A stretch of 64,000 bases of DNA from an uncultured Candidatus Saccharibacteria bacterium (GCA_964607655.1 CAZSKX010000001.1:83434-147433), one strand, 5' to 3'. Counted from the stretch's first letter, positions 7,937 through 17,380 are shown. The notes: generated by a model not told the origin, from the letters alone. Translations and numbers: made by a program.

Positions 7937-9148
7937 ATGCCTGAGGCGAAAATTACTGAGATTTTAAGCCGCCCTACGGTCTCGATTATCGAGCTGGTGG
8001 ACGCGCTCATCAGCGAAGCGCACTCCCGAGGAGCCTCGGATATACACGTAGATCCGTGTAAGGAGATGCTCCGGGTGCGGCTCCGTATCGACGGCGTCCT
8101 CACCGAGGCGTACCAATTCCCCAAGACGATCCACTCCGAGGTGATCGCTCGCGTGAAGATCCTCTCAGGCATGCGTACCGACGAACACCAGGCGACCCAG
8201 GACGGACGCTTCCGCCACCATTTTGATACTGGTGAGACGCTCGATATGCGTGTCTCGATCGCCCCTACCTACCATGGGGAAAATTTAGTACTCCGCCTCC
8301 TCTCCGACAGCGCGGCAAATCATACGCTCGAGATGCTCGGCTTTAGCGAGCAGGACCAGAAGAAGATCATGACCGCGATCAAGCGACCGCACGGCATGAT
8401 CCTCTCGACGGGCCCGACGGGAAGTGGTAAGACCACTTCGCTCTACACGATTATCAAGATGCTCAACACGCCAGGCGTGTCGATCGTCACGATCGAAGAT
8501 CCGATCGAGTACGCGGTTGACCACATCGAGCAGATCCAGGTGAACGCGCCGGCGGGACTCACGTTTGCAAACGGGCTCCGCTCCATCCTCCGCCAAGACC
8601 CGAACATCATCATGGTGGGCGAGATCCGTGACAGCGAGACAGCGACGATCGCCGTGAACACGGCGCTCACCGGCCACCTCCTCCTCTCGACGCTGCACAC
8701 TAACGACGCAGCAACCACGCTCCCACGCCTGCTCGATATGGGGATCGACACCTACCTCGTGGCCTCGACGATCAACATTGCGATCGGGCAACGACTCGTG
8801 CGCAAAATCTGCCCGGAGTGTAAGGAGGCGCATAAGATCACGCCTACCGAGGCCGCTGCGCTCGCGGTGATCCCGCTTAATACGCCGGTAAATGAGGGCG
8901 ATACCTTCTATCGTGGCAAAGGGTGTAAGGAATGTGGCAACTCGGGCTACACAGGACGACTTTGCATCAGCGAGGTGCTGGTCGCCGACAACGAGATCCG
9001 CGAAGCGATCATGCGCAAAGCCTCGGCCGCGGAGCTGCGAAATATTGCTATAAAGGGAGGTATGACCACCATGCTCGAAGACGGCTTCGCCAAGGCGCGC
9101 GATGGCCGCACTAGTATCGAAGAAGTGCTCCGCGTGGTATACGAGTAG
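7937..9148 (+). CDS. pilB: Type IV pilus / type II secretion assembly ATPase, PilB/GspE family. Short form lacking the N-terminal GSPII_E_N domain.
   Basis: Walker A GPTGSGKTT; Asp/His boxes; C-terminal tetracysteine CPEC...CKEC zinc motif typical of PilB/GspE but not PilT. Confidence 0.85.
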   Translation: MPEAKITEILSRPTVSIIELVDALISEAHSRGASDIHVDPCKEMLRVRLRIDGVLTEAYQFPKTIHSEVIARVKILSGMRTDEHQATQDGRFRHHFDTGETLDMRVSIAPTYHGENLVLRLLSDSAANHTLEMLGFSEQDQKKIMTAIKRPHGMILSTGPTGSGKTTSLYTIIKMLNTPGVSIVTIEDPIEYAVDHIEQIQVNAPAGLTFANGLRSILRQDPNIIMVGEIRDSETATIAVNTALTGHLLLSTLHTNDAATTLPRLLDMGIDTYLVASTINIAIGQRLVRKICPECKEAHKITPTEAAALAVIPLNTPVNEGDTFYRGKGCKECGNSGYTGRLCISEVLVADNEIREAIMRKASAAELRNIAIKGGMTTMLEDGFAKARDGRTSIEEVLRVVYE

Positions 9149-9154
9149 AGACAC

Positions 9155-10396
9155 ATGAGCAACGAAACCTTGATCAAGATTAAGAAGATTCGTGATCGGG
9201 TGACTCCTGCGCAGTCTCTCCGTATGCCACAGATGCCGGGGCTCCCAAAGTTTTCTAAATTTTCAATACCGCAGTTCTCAAAAAAGGGTGGGCTAGGAGT
9301 AGGTAAGCCAGGAACGTCCACATACTCGCTCAGCATGTCGATGGTCCGTTTCTCGTCTAAGGACCAGACACTCTTCGCAAAACGTCTCTCTTTTCTTATT
9401 AAAGCGGGCGTGCCGATCGTCGAATCGCTCCTCTTGCTGCGCACTCAGACGAAGAACAAAGGTAAGGCGCGCGTGCTCGACGCGGTAATCGCAGACGTCT
9501 CGAGCGGGCAGCATCTCTCTACGTCACTCGGGAAATTCAACCGCCTCTTCGGTGACTTCGCAGTGAACTTGATCCGTGTGGGAGAGACGAGCGGTATCTT
9601 GAGCCAGAACCTCGTGTATCTTGCCGAGGAACTACAGAAAAAGCAGGCCCTCCAACGCAAAGTGATCGGGGCGCTCGTGTACCCGATATTTATTAGTGTT
9701 GCAACGATCGGCGTCACCGCGATGCTGACGGCGTACATCTTCCCGAAACTCATGCCGATCTTTACGAGTCTCCACGTTGAACTCCCGCTCACCACGCGCG
9801 CGATGATCGCGGCCTCCGCCTATATCCGCAACTGGGGGTTGCTCACGGCACTGGGTATCGTCTTGTTTATCATGCTGTTTCTCTTTATCCGAAGCCGTTT
9901 CGAGCCGTTTCGTAAGGCGACCGATCGCCTGGTCCTCTATCTACCGCTCGCCGGCAGCATCGTGAAGACCTACAACCTCACCAACTTCACTCGTACTCTC
10001 GGGCTCATGCTGAAGAGTGGTATCAAGCTCACTGCTGCACTCGAGGTGACCGCCGACAGCACCAAGAATCGGGTGTACCGTGACGCCTGTAGGCACATGG
10101 CGACGCTCGTTGTGCGCGGTGAGCCGATCTCTAAAGGGCTCGCGGCGCACCCGCGTCTGTATCCCGACATCCTCACGCACATGGTGGCAGTGGGTGAGCG
10201 CACGGGCTCGCTCTCGAACACCCTCGCGTATCTTGGCGAGATGTATGAGAGCGAGGTCGATGATGCGACGAAGTCGCTCTCGAGCTCGATCGAGCCAGTA
10301 CTGATGATCTTTATGGGGCTCATGGTGGGAACGGTCGCAGTGTCGGTCATCACGCCGATCTACGACATCACGCAGCATCTTAATCCAAAAGGCTAA
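9155..10396 (+). CDS. pilC: Type IV pilus inner-membrane platform protein, PilC/GspF family.
   Basis: Two T2SSF-type repeats, three TM segments, typical length (413 aa). Positioned directly after pilB. Confidence 0.85.
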   Translation: MSNETLIKIKKIRDRVTPAQSLRMPQMPGLPKFSKFSIPQFSKKGGLGVGKPGTSTYSLSMSMVRFSSKDQTLFAKRLSFLIKAGVPIVESLLLLRTQTKNKGKARVLDAVIADVSSGQHLSTSLGKFNRLFGDFAVNLIRVGETSGILSQNLVYLAEELQKKQALQRKVIGALVYPIFISVATIGVTAMLTAYIFPKLMPIFTSLHVELPLTTRAMIAASAYIRNWGLLTALGIVLFIMLFLFIRSRFEPFRKATDRLVLYLPLAGSIVKTYNLTNFTRTLGLMLKSGIKLTAALEVTADSTKNRVYRDACRHMATLVVRGEPISKGLAAHPRLYPDILTHMVAVGERTGSLSNTLAYLGEMYESEVDDATKSLSSSIEPVLMIFMGLMVGTVAVSVITPIYDITQHLNPKG

Positions 10397-10397
10397 T

Positions 10398-10832
10398 ATG
10401 AACCGCGGTATGACCATGGTCGAGATACTGGTGACGCTCGCGATCTTCGCGCTCATCGTCGCGCTCGGACTTTTTATGAGCTTCGAGGCCTACCGTGGCG
10501 CGACGCGCCGGAGCGAGCGCGACACGATCGTCAGCCTGCTTGAGCGCGCGCGTAGCCGCGCGATGGCGAATATCGACCAAAGCGCGTGGAGCGTCTGCTA
10601 CGACGCAGGGAACTACATCATCGCGAAAGGTGCCTCTTGTAGCGACGCGATCGCCCATGACCGCGTCGAAGCGAACGCGGGCGTTGCGGCAGCGTCAAGC
10701 TTCAGCTCAACGTTCCCAACGGTAGAGTTCGAGCAGCTCACGGGGAACACTACCGCCGAAACCATTACCGTGGTGCAGGACGGCAAGAACGCAGTGATAA
10801 CAACCAACCATGAAGGCCGCATCAACTGGTAA
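10398..10832 (+). CDS. Prepilin-type (class III signal) pseudopilin / minor pilin.
   Basis: N-terminus MNRG|MTMVEILVTLAIFALIV: Gly-1, hydrophobic +1, Glu+5, hydrophobic helix. Confidence 0.7.
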   Translation: MNRGMTMVEILVTLAIFALIVALGLFMSFEAYRGATRRSERDTIVSLLERARSRAMANIDQSAWSVCYDAGNYIIAKGASCSDAIAHDRVEANAGVAAASSFSSTFPTVEFEQLTGNTTAETITVVQDGKNAVITTNHEGRINW

Positions 10833-12330
10833 ATTCCATAGGGGGGTGAGTATCGTCGAGATCCTGATCGCGCTCGCGATCCTGACCCTCACTGTCTCGG
10901 CGGTGATTATGGTCGTCTTCGGTAATCAGTCCCTCGCTGTCGATACCCAGACGAATATCGAAGCGTTGGCGAAGGCGCAGTCAGAACTGGAAGAAATCCG
11001 AAAGACGGCCAAAGGCAACTTTGTGGATGCGGTAACGGTCCCAACTCACGACTGGACTCCGCTAGGAGGATTAACCTACACCGCTTCCACTTCCGTGCGT
11101 GATGTGAACAAATGTCTGAAGCAGGCAACCAGTACTGTTTCTTGGACGATGGGCGGGCGTCATCTTGACGTATCTCTCACGACGTTTCTTTCCGATGTCG
11201 AAGAGGCCCTTGCGCTTGGTGGTCATTGTGCCACACCCCCAAAGGGCAAGTGGCAGACATTGGCTTCTGTGAGTGGCGGCGACGGCAGTGTCCACGCCAC
11301 AGACGTGTACGCGAAAGACGGGTACGCATTCGTCTCGGCCTACTCAGTGGCGGCCGGACCGGCAAAGAAGCCCGACCTGCTTATTTATTCTTACGACCCA
11401 GGGCCACCCAAAAGTGTGAATGAACACGGGACTCTGGACACCGCCGATATTCCGGCGCTGAGTACAAGTAACGGACTCAATGATCTCGTGGTAGTGGGTG
11501 ATTACGTGTACGCCGCGAATAACCAGAAGAATCAGCAGTTAGTTATCATCGATGTTGCAGACGTCGAGGATCCTCAATTCGTCAGCTCGGTGAATCTACC
11601 GAATATTACTAGCGGTTTTACATGCAATAACCCAACCAACTGTTTGCCGGGTGCTCGTAGTATTTATTATTACGACGGTTATCTATATATAGGAACCGGG
11701 TATCTTAGTTTCGGAACAGCTACCGAGAACCACGAATTTTATGTGTACTGTATTTCAGACACCAGTGTCCCGCTGTGTGCCCCAACGACTCCGGTCTTTA
11801 TTGGCAGCGTAAACATAGATCACAACGTAAATGATATCGTGGTGCGGGACGGATTCGCATACCTGGCTACGTCTGATGATCTTGGGGAGCTGACTATCGT
11901 TGATCTTAGTGACCTTAGCGCGTCGCCAGTACTCGTTAACGCGCCTGGGGATGACAATCGACATGGACTCAGTTTGTACCTAATCGGTAAGAAGCTCTAT
12001 CTGGGACGAGTCGAGGGATCAGCGGTCAAGCCGAATTTTATAATCTATGACGTTACGACCGGGGGAAGCGTGTCGTCGTGCGGCTCATGCGCTAAGCATC
12101 TTTCGTCTGGGAATATAAATGCGATTACGGTTTTCGACGACACGGCGTTTTTAGTCACAGAAGAAAAGCTAGAGATCCTCAACGTACAGAACTCATCAGA
12201 TATAAAAAACATTGCGTCATTGGCGTTACCAAAAGAGGGTACGGGCATTGATTATGATAGCGATTATCTCTACGTGCCGATAGTGGATCAGGGCGCGTAC
12301 CTCTTAAACATCTACTATTCAGGACCCTAG
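10810..12330 (+). CDS. Large pilin-like protein: prepilin N-terminal helix fused to an LVIVD-repeat beta-propeller. Candidate pilus tip/adhesin subunit.
   Basis: KFHRG|VSIVEILIALAILTL class III signal, then repeated LVIVD-type segments (LVVVGDYVYAANN...QLVIIDVADVEDP; IVVRDGFAYLATS...LTIVDLSDL; LEILNVQNSSD). Confidence 0.65.
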   Translation: MKAASTGKFHRGVSIVEILIALAILTLTVSAVIMVVFGNQSLAVDTQTNIEALAKAQSELEEIRKTAKGNFVDAVTVPTHDWTPLGGLTYTASTSVRDVNKCLKQATSTVSWTMGGRHLDVSLTTFLSDVEEALALGGHCATPPKGKWQTLASVSGGDGSVHATDVYAKDGYAFVSAYSVAAGPAKKPDLLIYSYDPGPPKSVNEHGTLDTADIPALSTSNGLNDLVVVGDYVYAANNQKNQQLVIIDVADVEDPQFVSSVNLPNITSGFTCNNPTNCLPGARSIYYYDGYLYIGTGYLSFGTATENHEFYVYCISDTSVPLCAPTTPVFIGSVNIDHNVNDIVVRDGFAYLATSDDLGELTIVDLSDLSASPVLVNAPGDDNRHGLSLYLIGKKLYLGRVEGSAVKPNFIIYDVTTGGSVSSCGSCAKHLSSGNINAITVFDDTAFLVTEEKLEILNVQNSSDIKNIASLALPKEGTGIDYDSDYLYVPIVDQGAYLLNIYYSGP

Positions 12331-12334
12331 ACGT

Positions 12335-12760
12335 ATGCGCGGATTCTCACTCATCGAAACGATCGTCTATATCGCGCTTCTGGGATTCATTATGTCGGGG
12401 GCGGTCATCACTGCGTATCAGGTAACGCAGAGCTCGTTTGTCGTGAGCGAGAAGGACACGGTCCAGGAGGAAGGGAACTTTGTGTTACGCAAGCTCGAGC
12501 ACGCGTTTGTTGGGGCACAAGACCTATACGTTAGCGGGAGCTTGCTTTCGGTCGATCCCTACACGGGATCGAATATCGTGTTCACTCTGTCTGGAGGCGC
12601 CCTGTTTGTAAATCGTGGATCAGGGGCAAAAGCGCTCACTACTGATAACGTTACGGTAAACAGCCTTGTTTTTACTGGGCATGCTGGCCCGCCTAAGGGG
12701 GTAACGGTGCAGTTCACTCTCGATGGGGAAGTGTTTACGCTTACAAAATATGTACGCTAA
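12335..12760 (+). CDS. Minor pilin (prepilin-type N-terminus).
   Basis: MRG|FSLIETIVYIALLGFIM with Glu+5. Confidence 0.65.
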   Translation: MRGFSLIETIVYIALLGFIMSGAVITAYQVTQSSFVVSEKDTVQEEGNFVLRKLEHAFVGAQDLYVSGSLLSVDPYTGSNIVFTLSGGALFVNRGSGAKALTTDNVTVNSLVFTGHAGPPKGVTVQFTLDGEVFTLTKYVR

Positions 12761-13148
12761 TTCGCACAAAGGCTTTATCGCACTGATGTCAGCCGTGATC
12801 ATTTCGGTGGTCCTGCTTCTCACGGTCGTAACGGGCGCCCTCTCGGGGATCTTCGCCCGGTCGAATGTGCTCGATGCTGAGCTGAAGACTCGGAGTAGGG
12901 CAGTGGCTGACGCTTGCCTCGAGCAGGCGCGGCTGCTTATCGCGAACAACTCCGCGTATGTCGCGGATGAGTATCAGAAGTTTAATGATCTGGATAGCTG
13001 CTATTTAGACGTTGACGATTCGGGGGCAGTTAAGCAGATATGGATACAAGGCAGCTCGACAGCAGCAGTCACGAATCTGGACGTGCTTTACGACCACCTT
13101 GCAGATCCGCCGAGCTTTATCTCTATAGAGGAGGTAGATAACCTCTAG
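12750..13148 (+). CDS. Minor pilin-like protein (prepilin-like N-terminus lacking Glu+5). Start overlaps the upstream stop.
   Basis: MYANSHKG|FIALMSAVIISVVLLLTVV hydrophobic helix. Position within the pilin gene block. Confidence 0.5.
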   Translation: MYANSHKGFIALMSAVIISVVLLLTVVTGALSGIFARSNVLDAELKTRSRAVADACLEQARLLIANNSAYVADEYQKFNDLDSCYLDVDDSGAVKQIWIQGSSTAAVTNLDVLYDHLADPPSFISIEEVDNL

Positions 13149-13226
13149 GCTTGCATTATTGATGAGATCTTGTATAGTCGCGGTAGGTAGCCCGTAGGGG
13201 CATATTTATTCAATAAATACAGATAA

Positions 13227-13679
13227 ATGAAGAAATTTAACAAAGCAGGAGGCTTTACGCTCATTGAGCTTCTCGTGGTGATCGGCATCATCGCGATCCT
13301 CGCTGCTATCGTTATCGTAGCTATCAATCCAGCTAAGCGCTTTGCTGACGCTCGTCAGAGCCAGCGCGCAGCTAACATTGAATCGATCTTAAGTGCTCTG
13401 CAGCAGAACATGGTAGACAACAACGGTATTCTTACTGGATCTGGATGCGACTCGATTCCGTCCGCAACCTCGACCATTGCTACCGGCCAGATCGACCTCG
13501 CGTCATGCTTGGCGGATTATCTAGCTATATTGCCTCTAAATCCGAGCACAACTACGGCTAAGTGGGAGAATAGCGGTGACTACTACACTGGATATCAGAT
13601 AAGAAAGTATGGCACCAATCAGATTGCAGTGATTGCTCCCGCAGAAGGAGTCGATCCGCAGATTATGGTCATTCGCTAA
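13227..13679 (+). CDS. pilA: Major type IV pilin (PilA-like).
   Basis: MKKFNKAGG|FTLIELLVVIGIIAILAAIVIVAI canonical class III signal with Glu+5. 150 aa. Strong terminator downstream. Confidence 0.8.
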   Translation: MKKFNKAGGFTLIELLVVIGIIAILAAIVIVAINPAKRFADARQSQRAANIESILSALQQNMVDNNGILTGSGCDSIPSATSTIATGQIDLASCLADYLAILPLNPSTTTAKWENSGDYYTGYQIRKYGTNQIAVIAPAEGVDPQIMVIR

Positions 13680-13702
13680 AGAATCCAATTCTTTAAATCA
13701 AA

Positions 13703-13727
13703 AACGCCCCGGCCGGGGCGTTTTTGA
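13703..13727 (+). terminator. Rho-independent terminator after the major pilin gene.
   Basis: CGCCCCGGCCGGGGCG followed by TTTTTGATTTT. Confidence 0.8.
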
Positions 13728-13852
13728 TTTTCATAAACTTCATCCACGCTTCAGTACACAAAGACTTTAATTAAGAAGCTCCTGACGTGGCGCAGCTCTA
13801 CGAGCTGGGCGAGGGTCATTAGCATTTTATTCGATCTTAAATTCTTATTATT

Positions 13853-15502
13853 ATGCCTCAATTATCATTCAGTGTTCGTTCACTCGCTGCGGCGGGCGTA
13901 AGCGTCGCGGCGCTCCTTGCGTTCGCCGCACCCACGTTCGCAGCACAAAGCCCAGCGGGCTGTAGTGCGGACAATAGTGTTGTGAATATCGCGAGTGATG
14001 TCTCAACATCTACCGCAGGAGACACCATCACCATTACGGTGCGTGCGGGTAACCCCACATCCGTCGTTGACGATGGGTGCGACATTACCGGTCGCACCAT
14101 GACCCTCACGCTCCCTGACGGGACGCAGAGCGTCTTTGGTCCCTTCAATTACCCGAATCCGACCGCACTCGAGTTCGTCGGCTCGGCTCCCTATGTCGCC
14201 GATAACGCAGACGCCGTAGGCGGCTTCTGGACAGCCAACGTCTCCTGGAACGGTACGCTCAAGAACGTCTCAGACGTCCCCTCGAGCGGGTCTAAGAACG
14301 CTGTAGTGGTGCAGATCCAAAAGGGTCGCATCATCGTCGATAAGGTGACTGACCCAGCGGCTGACCCGCAGTCGTTTGCCTTCACCACGAGCGGCACTGG
14401 CTACACAGGCTTTAGCCTGACCGACGCAGCCACGCCAAACGATCAAGAGCTCGACGCGGGCACTTACTCGGTAGCCGAAACAGCGGTTGCTGGTTGGACC
14501 CAAACGAGCGCGACCTGTACGGGCGGTGAGAATCCAGCGAACATCACCCTCGAAGCAGGGCAGACTGTTACCTGTACCTTCACCAACACCAAGAAGGGGC
14601 ACCTGATCGTCGAGAAGACGACCGTCCCTGGCGGTAGCGCCCAGAGCTTCGCGATCAATGCGTCAGGCACCGGTACCATCACAGGTGGCGGAGCCGGCTC
14701 GATCACTGATGCGACCGACAAGCATTACGAAGTTACTCCCGGTACGTACTCAGTCACCGAGACTCCGGTAGCGGGCTGGACAGAGACCTCAAACACCTGT
14801 GACGACGTCGTCGTGGCAGCGGGCGAGACCGAGACTTGTACGATCACCAACACACAGCAGTTGGGCCGGATCATCGTGGTCAAGCAGACCAATCCCGATG
14901 GCGACTTGCAAAGCTTCGAGTTCGACTCCAACTACGGCAGCAACTTCAATCTCGCCGATAACGGCCAGAACGATAGTGGAGAGCTTGCTGCGGGTACCTA
15001 CTCGGTAGCCGAGGTGAACATCCCTGCAAACTGGGCTCTCTCGAACGTCACTTGTAGCGATGGCTCAAATGCAAATAGTATCAATCTAGCGGCTGGTGAG
15101 ACGGTGACCTGTACCTTCACCAACACGTACACGCCACCGCCACCACCAGCGGGCGAGTACTGTAGTCCAGGGTACTGGAAGAATCATCCGCAGAGTTGGG
15201 TAGGGTATACGCCGAACCAGCTCTTCTCGAGTGTGTTCGAGAGCACGGCGATCAACTGGAGCGCCAAGGGTAAGCCCGGCTCAGTTGCTAACCCAACCCT
15301 CTTGCAAGCACTCGAGGGTAACGGCGGCGGCGTGACCTCACTCGCACGAGCTGCAGTCGGTGCACTCTTGAACGCTTCAGCGATCGACTCACCACTTGAA
15401 GTGGCTGACGTGATCAGCATCTTCAACGCTGCAAGCCCAAGTGGGAATCTCGAAGCGGCTAAGGCCGAGCTCACCTTCGCTGAGAACTGCCCACTTAACT
15501 AG
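13853..15502 (+). CDS. Secreted protein with a signal peptide, three tandem roughly 92-aa Cys-bracketed prealbumin/SdrD-B-like (SpaA-type) repeats and a C-terminal Cys-bounded domain.
   Basis: Signal peptide MPQLSFSVRSLAAAGVSVAALLAFAAPTFAAQS. Repeats share ...QSF.F...G...EL.AGTYSV.E...AGW....TC.....I.L.AGETVTCTFTNT. PPPPP linker. Confidence 0.65.
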   Translation: MPQLSFSVRSLAAAGVSVAALLAFAAPTFAAQSPAGCSADNSVVNIASDVSTSTAGDTITITVRAGNPTSVVDDGCDITGRTMTLTLPDGTQSVFGPFNYPNPTALEFVGSAPYVADNADAVGGFWTANVSWNGTLKNVSDVPSSGSKNAVVVQIQKGRIIVDKVTDPAADPQSFAFTTSGTGYTGFSLTDAATPNDQELDAGTYSVAETAVAGWTQTSATCTGGENPANITLEAGQTVTCTFTNTKKGHLIVEKTTVPGGSAQSFAINASGTGTITGGGAGSITDATDKHYEVTPGTYSVTETPVAGWTETSNTCDDVVVAAGETETCTITNTQQLGRIIVVKQTNPDGDLQSFEFDSNYGSNFNLADNGQNDSGELAAGTYSVAEVNIPANWALSNVTCSDGSNANSINLAAGETVTCTFTNTYTPPPPPAGEYCSPGYWKNHPQSWVGYTPNQLFSSVFESTAINWSAKGKPGSVANPTLLQALEGNGGGVTSLARAAVGALLNASAIDSPLEVADVISIFNAASPSGNLEAAKAELTFAENCPLN

Positions 15503-15532
15503 TTCTTTCACAACACGCCCATAGTGCGCCAG

Positions 15533-15561
15533 TCCACGCCGCCCTCACGGGCGGCGTGGAC
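15533..15561. terminator. Bidirectional terminator hairpin between convergent genes.
   Basis: GTCCACGCCGCCC-TCAC-GGGCGGCGTGGAC, 13-bp perfect stem. Confidence 0.6.
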
Positions 15562-15570
15562 CATTGTTGC

Positions 15571-16134
15571 TTAAGACTTCTTTGTGGATTCGCCGAAGGT
15601 CTTGTTAAGCGCGAGCACCTGAGCTTCGAGACGCTGAGTTCGCTCAGTCAAGCGATCTTCGAACTCCTTTACGTGCGTTGCGACACTCTCAGCGACGGCC
15701 ATCATCTCGCTGACATCTTCAATAGCAAGGAAGATGGTAGAAGGGAATGGTCTGGTCGTAGCGTCCTCGGTGAAGTGGATCTGACGAGCGTTTAGGATCA
15801 TCACCTTGCGGCCGATGGCAGGGAACTCGTGAGAGACTTCAAAACCCTTGAAGAAAGAATTTTGAGGCAAGATATTTTCCAGCAATTTTCTGAGGGCGGG
15901 TATATCCCACTGGCCATTGCCGAGGTCGTAGATGACTTCTCCCTCTGTTTCGCGACGGTCTACTTGGAACGTTTGGTAAAAGCAGTCATTGGCGGCCAAA
16001 ACGCGCAGGTCTTTGTCGAGTATGAGAATTGGTTCGTGCACAACATCAACGACCGTTTTGATGTAGGTCCAACTCTCATTCCATACTCGGTCTGCAAAGT
16101 TTGACGGAAGTGCTGGCGTTGTTTTGTTCGTCAT
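15571..16134 (-). CDS. Stand-alone PAS-domain protein.
   Basis: PAS-fold region ILDKDLRVLAANDCFYQTFQVDRRETEGEVIYDLG...; divergent from the ECF sigma gene. Confidence 0.55.
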   Translation of the reverse strand: MTNKTTPALPSNFADRVWNESWTYIKTVVDVVHEPILILDKDLRVLAANDCFYQTFQVDRRETEGEVIYDLGNGQWDIPALRKLLENILPQNSFFKGFEVSHEFPAIGRKVMILNARQIHFTEDATTRPFPSTIFLAIEDVSEMMAVAESVATHVKEFEDRLTERTQRLEAQVLALNKTFGESTKKS

Positions 16135-16287
16135 ACACTAGCACTGTCGCCCGGAGTGCATATGTATTACAAAAACCTCGGGCTGAGGCACGATCGGTGG
16201 TATACTGTATTTGTGTAATCGCCCACGATGGTGTGCGGCCTGTAATGTCTCTGTAATGGGGTGGAGCCTTAGTCGTCATCAGTACGT

Positions 16288-16812
16288 ATGATGTCGCCCA
16301 AACAAGAGCTCAGGCGTAGAGCTATTTTTACTCTGGCGTTCCGCGACTATGCTAAAAGCCTGGGTACCAGGGCGTATTTCAAAGTGCACAACAAGGATAC
16401 CAGCGACGACCTGGTCCAGGAGACATTTATGAAGATGTGGCTCTACCTGGTCAAGAACGGCAAGATCGATTCGATGCGAGCTTTTTTACATCACGTGTTA
16501 AATAACCTCATCGTTGACGAATATCGTAAACGTAGGACCACATCACTCGACCTTCTTTTCGAGAAGGGGTATGAGCCGGGGGTCGATGCACATGAGCGGC
16601 TCATCGACGTACTCGACGGGGCAAAGTCACTGCAGCTGATCGCTCGCCTGCCTTTGAAATATCAAAAGGTGCTTCGGATGCGCTATGTTGACGGACTCTC
16701 GCTACAGGAGATGGCACAGCTTACCGGACAATCTAAAAACACTGTCGCGGTACAAGCCCATCGAGGGCTTATTAAGCTGAAGGCGCTTCGCGAACACCAG
16801 CGAGTGTCATGA
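16288..16812 (+). CDS. ECF-type (sigma-70 family) RNA polymerase sigma factor.
   Basis: Region 2 (LVQETFMKMWLYL...LHHVLNNLIVDEYRKRR) and region 4 HTH (LSLQEMAQLTGQSKNTVAVQAHRGLIKLK). Confidence 0.8.
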   Translation: MMSPKQELRRRAIFTLAFRDYAKSLGTRAYFKVHNKDTSDDLVQETFMKMWLYLVKNGKIDSMRAFLHHVLNNLIVDEYRKRRTTSLDLLFEKGYEPGVDAHERLIDVLDGAKSLQLIARLPLKYQKVLRMRYVDGLSLQEMAQLTGQSKNTVAVQAHRGLIKLKALREHQRVS

Positions 16813-16879
16813 AAGCGCTCCTGTGTCGGCATTGAAGTAGGGTTAGCATAGCTCCGCATTATTTAATAACACTCACACT

Positions 16880-17242
16880 ATGGACTCAGAACACTCCGCG
16901 AGCACGAAGCCTCTCTATCGCGGCACACAAATTGTTTGGTATGTGCTCGGACTTGTCGAAGTATTGCTGGCATTTCGTTTCGCGCTGAAGCTTGCCGGAG
17001 CGAATCCGTCTGCCGGCTTCTCGAGCCTCATCTATAACGCTACCTATGCACTCGCGGCACCATTTCTGAGCGTGTTCCAGCAGACGCGGATCGAAGGAAA
17101 TATCTTTGAGTGGACAACTCTCCTCGCCATGCTTGTCTACTGGATGATCGCGCTCGGCATCATCAGGTTATTTTTGATGGGGAAGACCGTATCGACACCG
17201 GAGGCGTCTGCAAAGCTTGATTATCAAGAGCGTAACACCTAA
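16880..17242 (+). CDS. YggT-family (Ycf19-like) integral membrane protein.
   Basis: Two hydrophobic YGGT-like segments (VWYVLGLVEVLLAFRFALKL; LLAMLVYWMIALGIIRLFL). Confidence 0.5.
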   Translation: MDSEHSASTKPLYRGTQIVWYVLGLVEVLLAFRFALKLAGANPSAGFSSLIYNATYALAAPFLSVFQQTRIEGNIFEWTTLLAMLVYWMIALGIIRLFLMGKTVSTPEASAKLDYQERNT

Positions 17243-17248
17243 TAAGCT

Positions 17249-17380
17249 ATGTTGTGGACCATTATCGTTGTGCTCGTCGTGCTGTGGCTGCTCGGTTTTA
17301 GCTTCCAAGTGGGCGGCAATCTTGTTCACGCGCTGCTCGTCATCGCGCTCCTCGTTGTGCTTCTACAGCTGCTCTCGTGA
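17249..17380 (+). CDS. lmo0937-family small membrane protein (43 aa).
   Basis: MLWTIIVVLVVLWLLGF-FQVGGNLVHALLVIALLVVLLQLL matches the lmo0937 family signature. Starts 6 nt after the yggT-like stop. Not in the ORF track (shorter than 60 aa). Confidence 0.5.
   Translation: MLWTIIVVLVVLWLLGFSFQVGGNLVHALLVIALLVVLLQLLS

Noticed and set aside
10080-10304. Various 60-170-aa ORFs inside pilC, the pilin genes and the ribosomal genes on either strand.
   Set aside because: They are fully contained within strongly supported CDSs in alternative frames.
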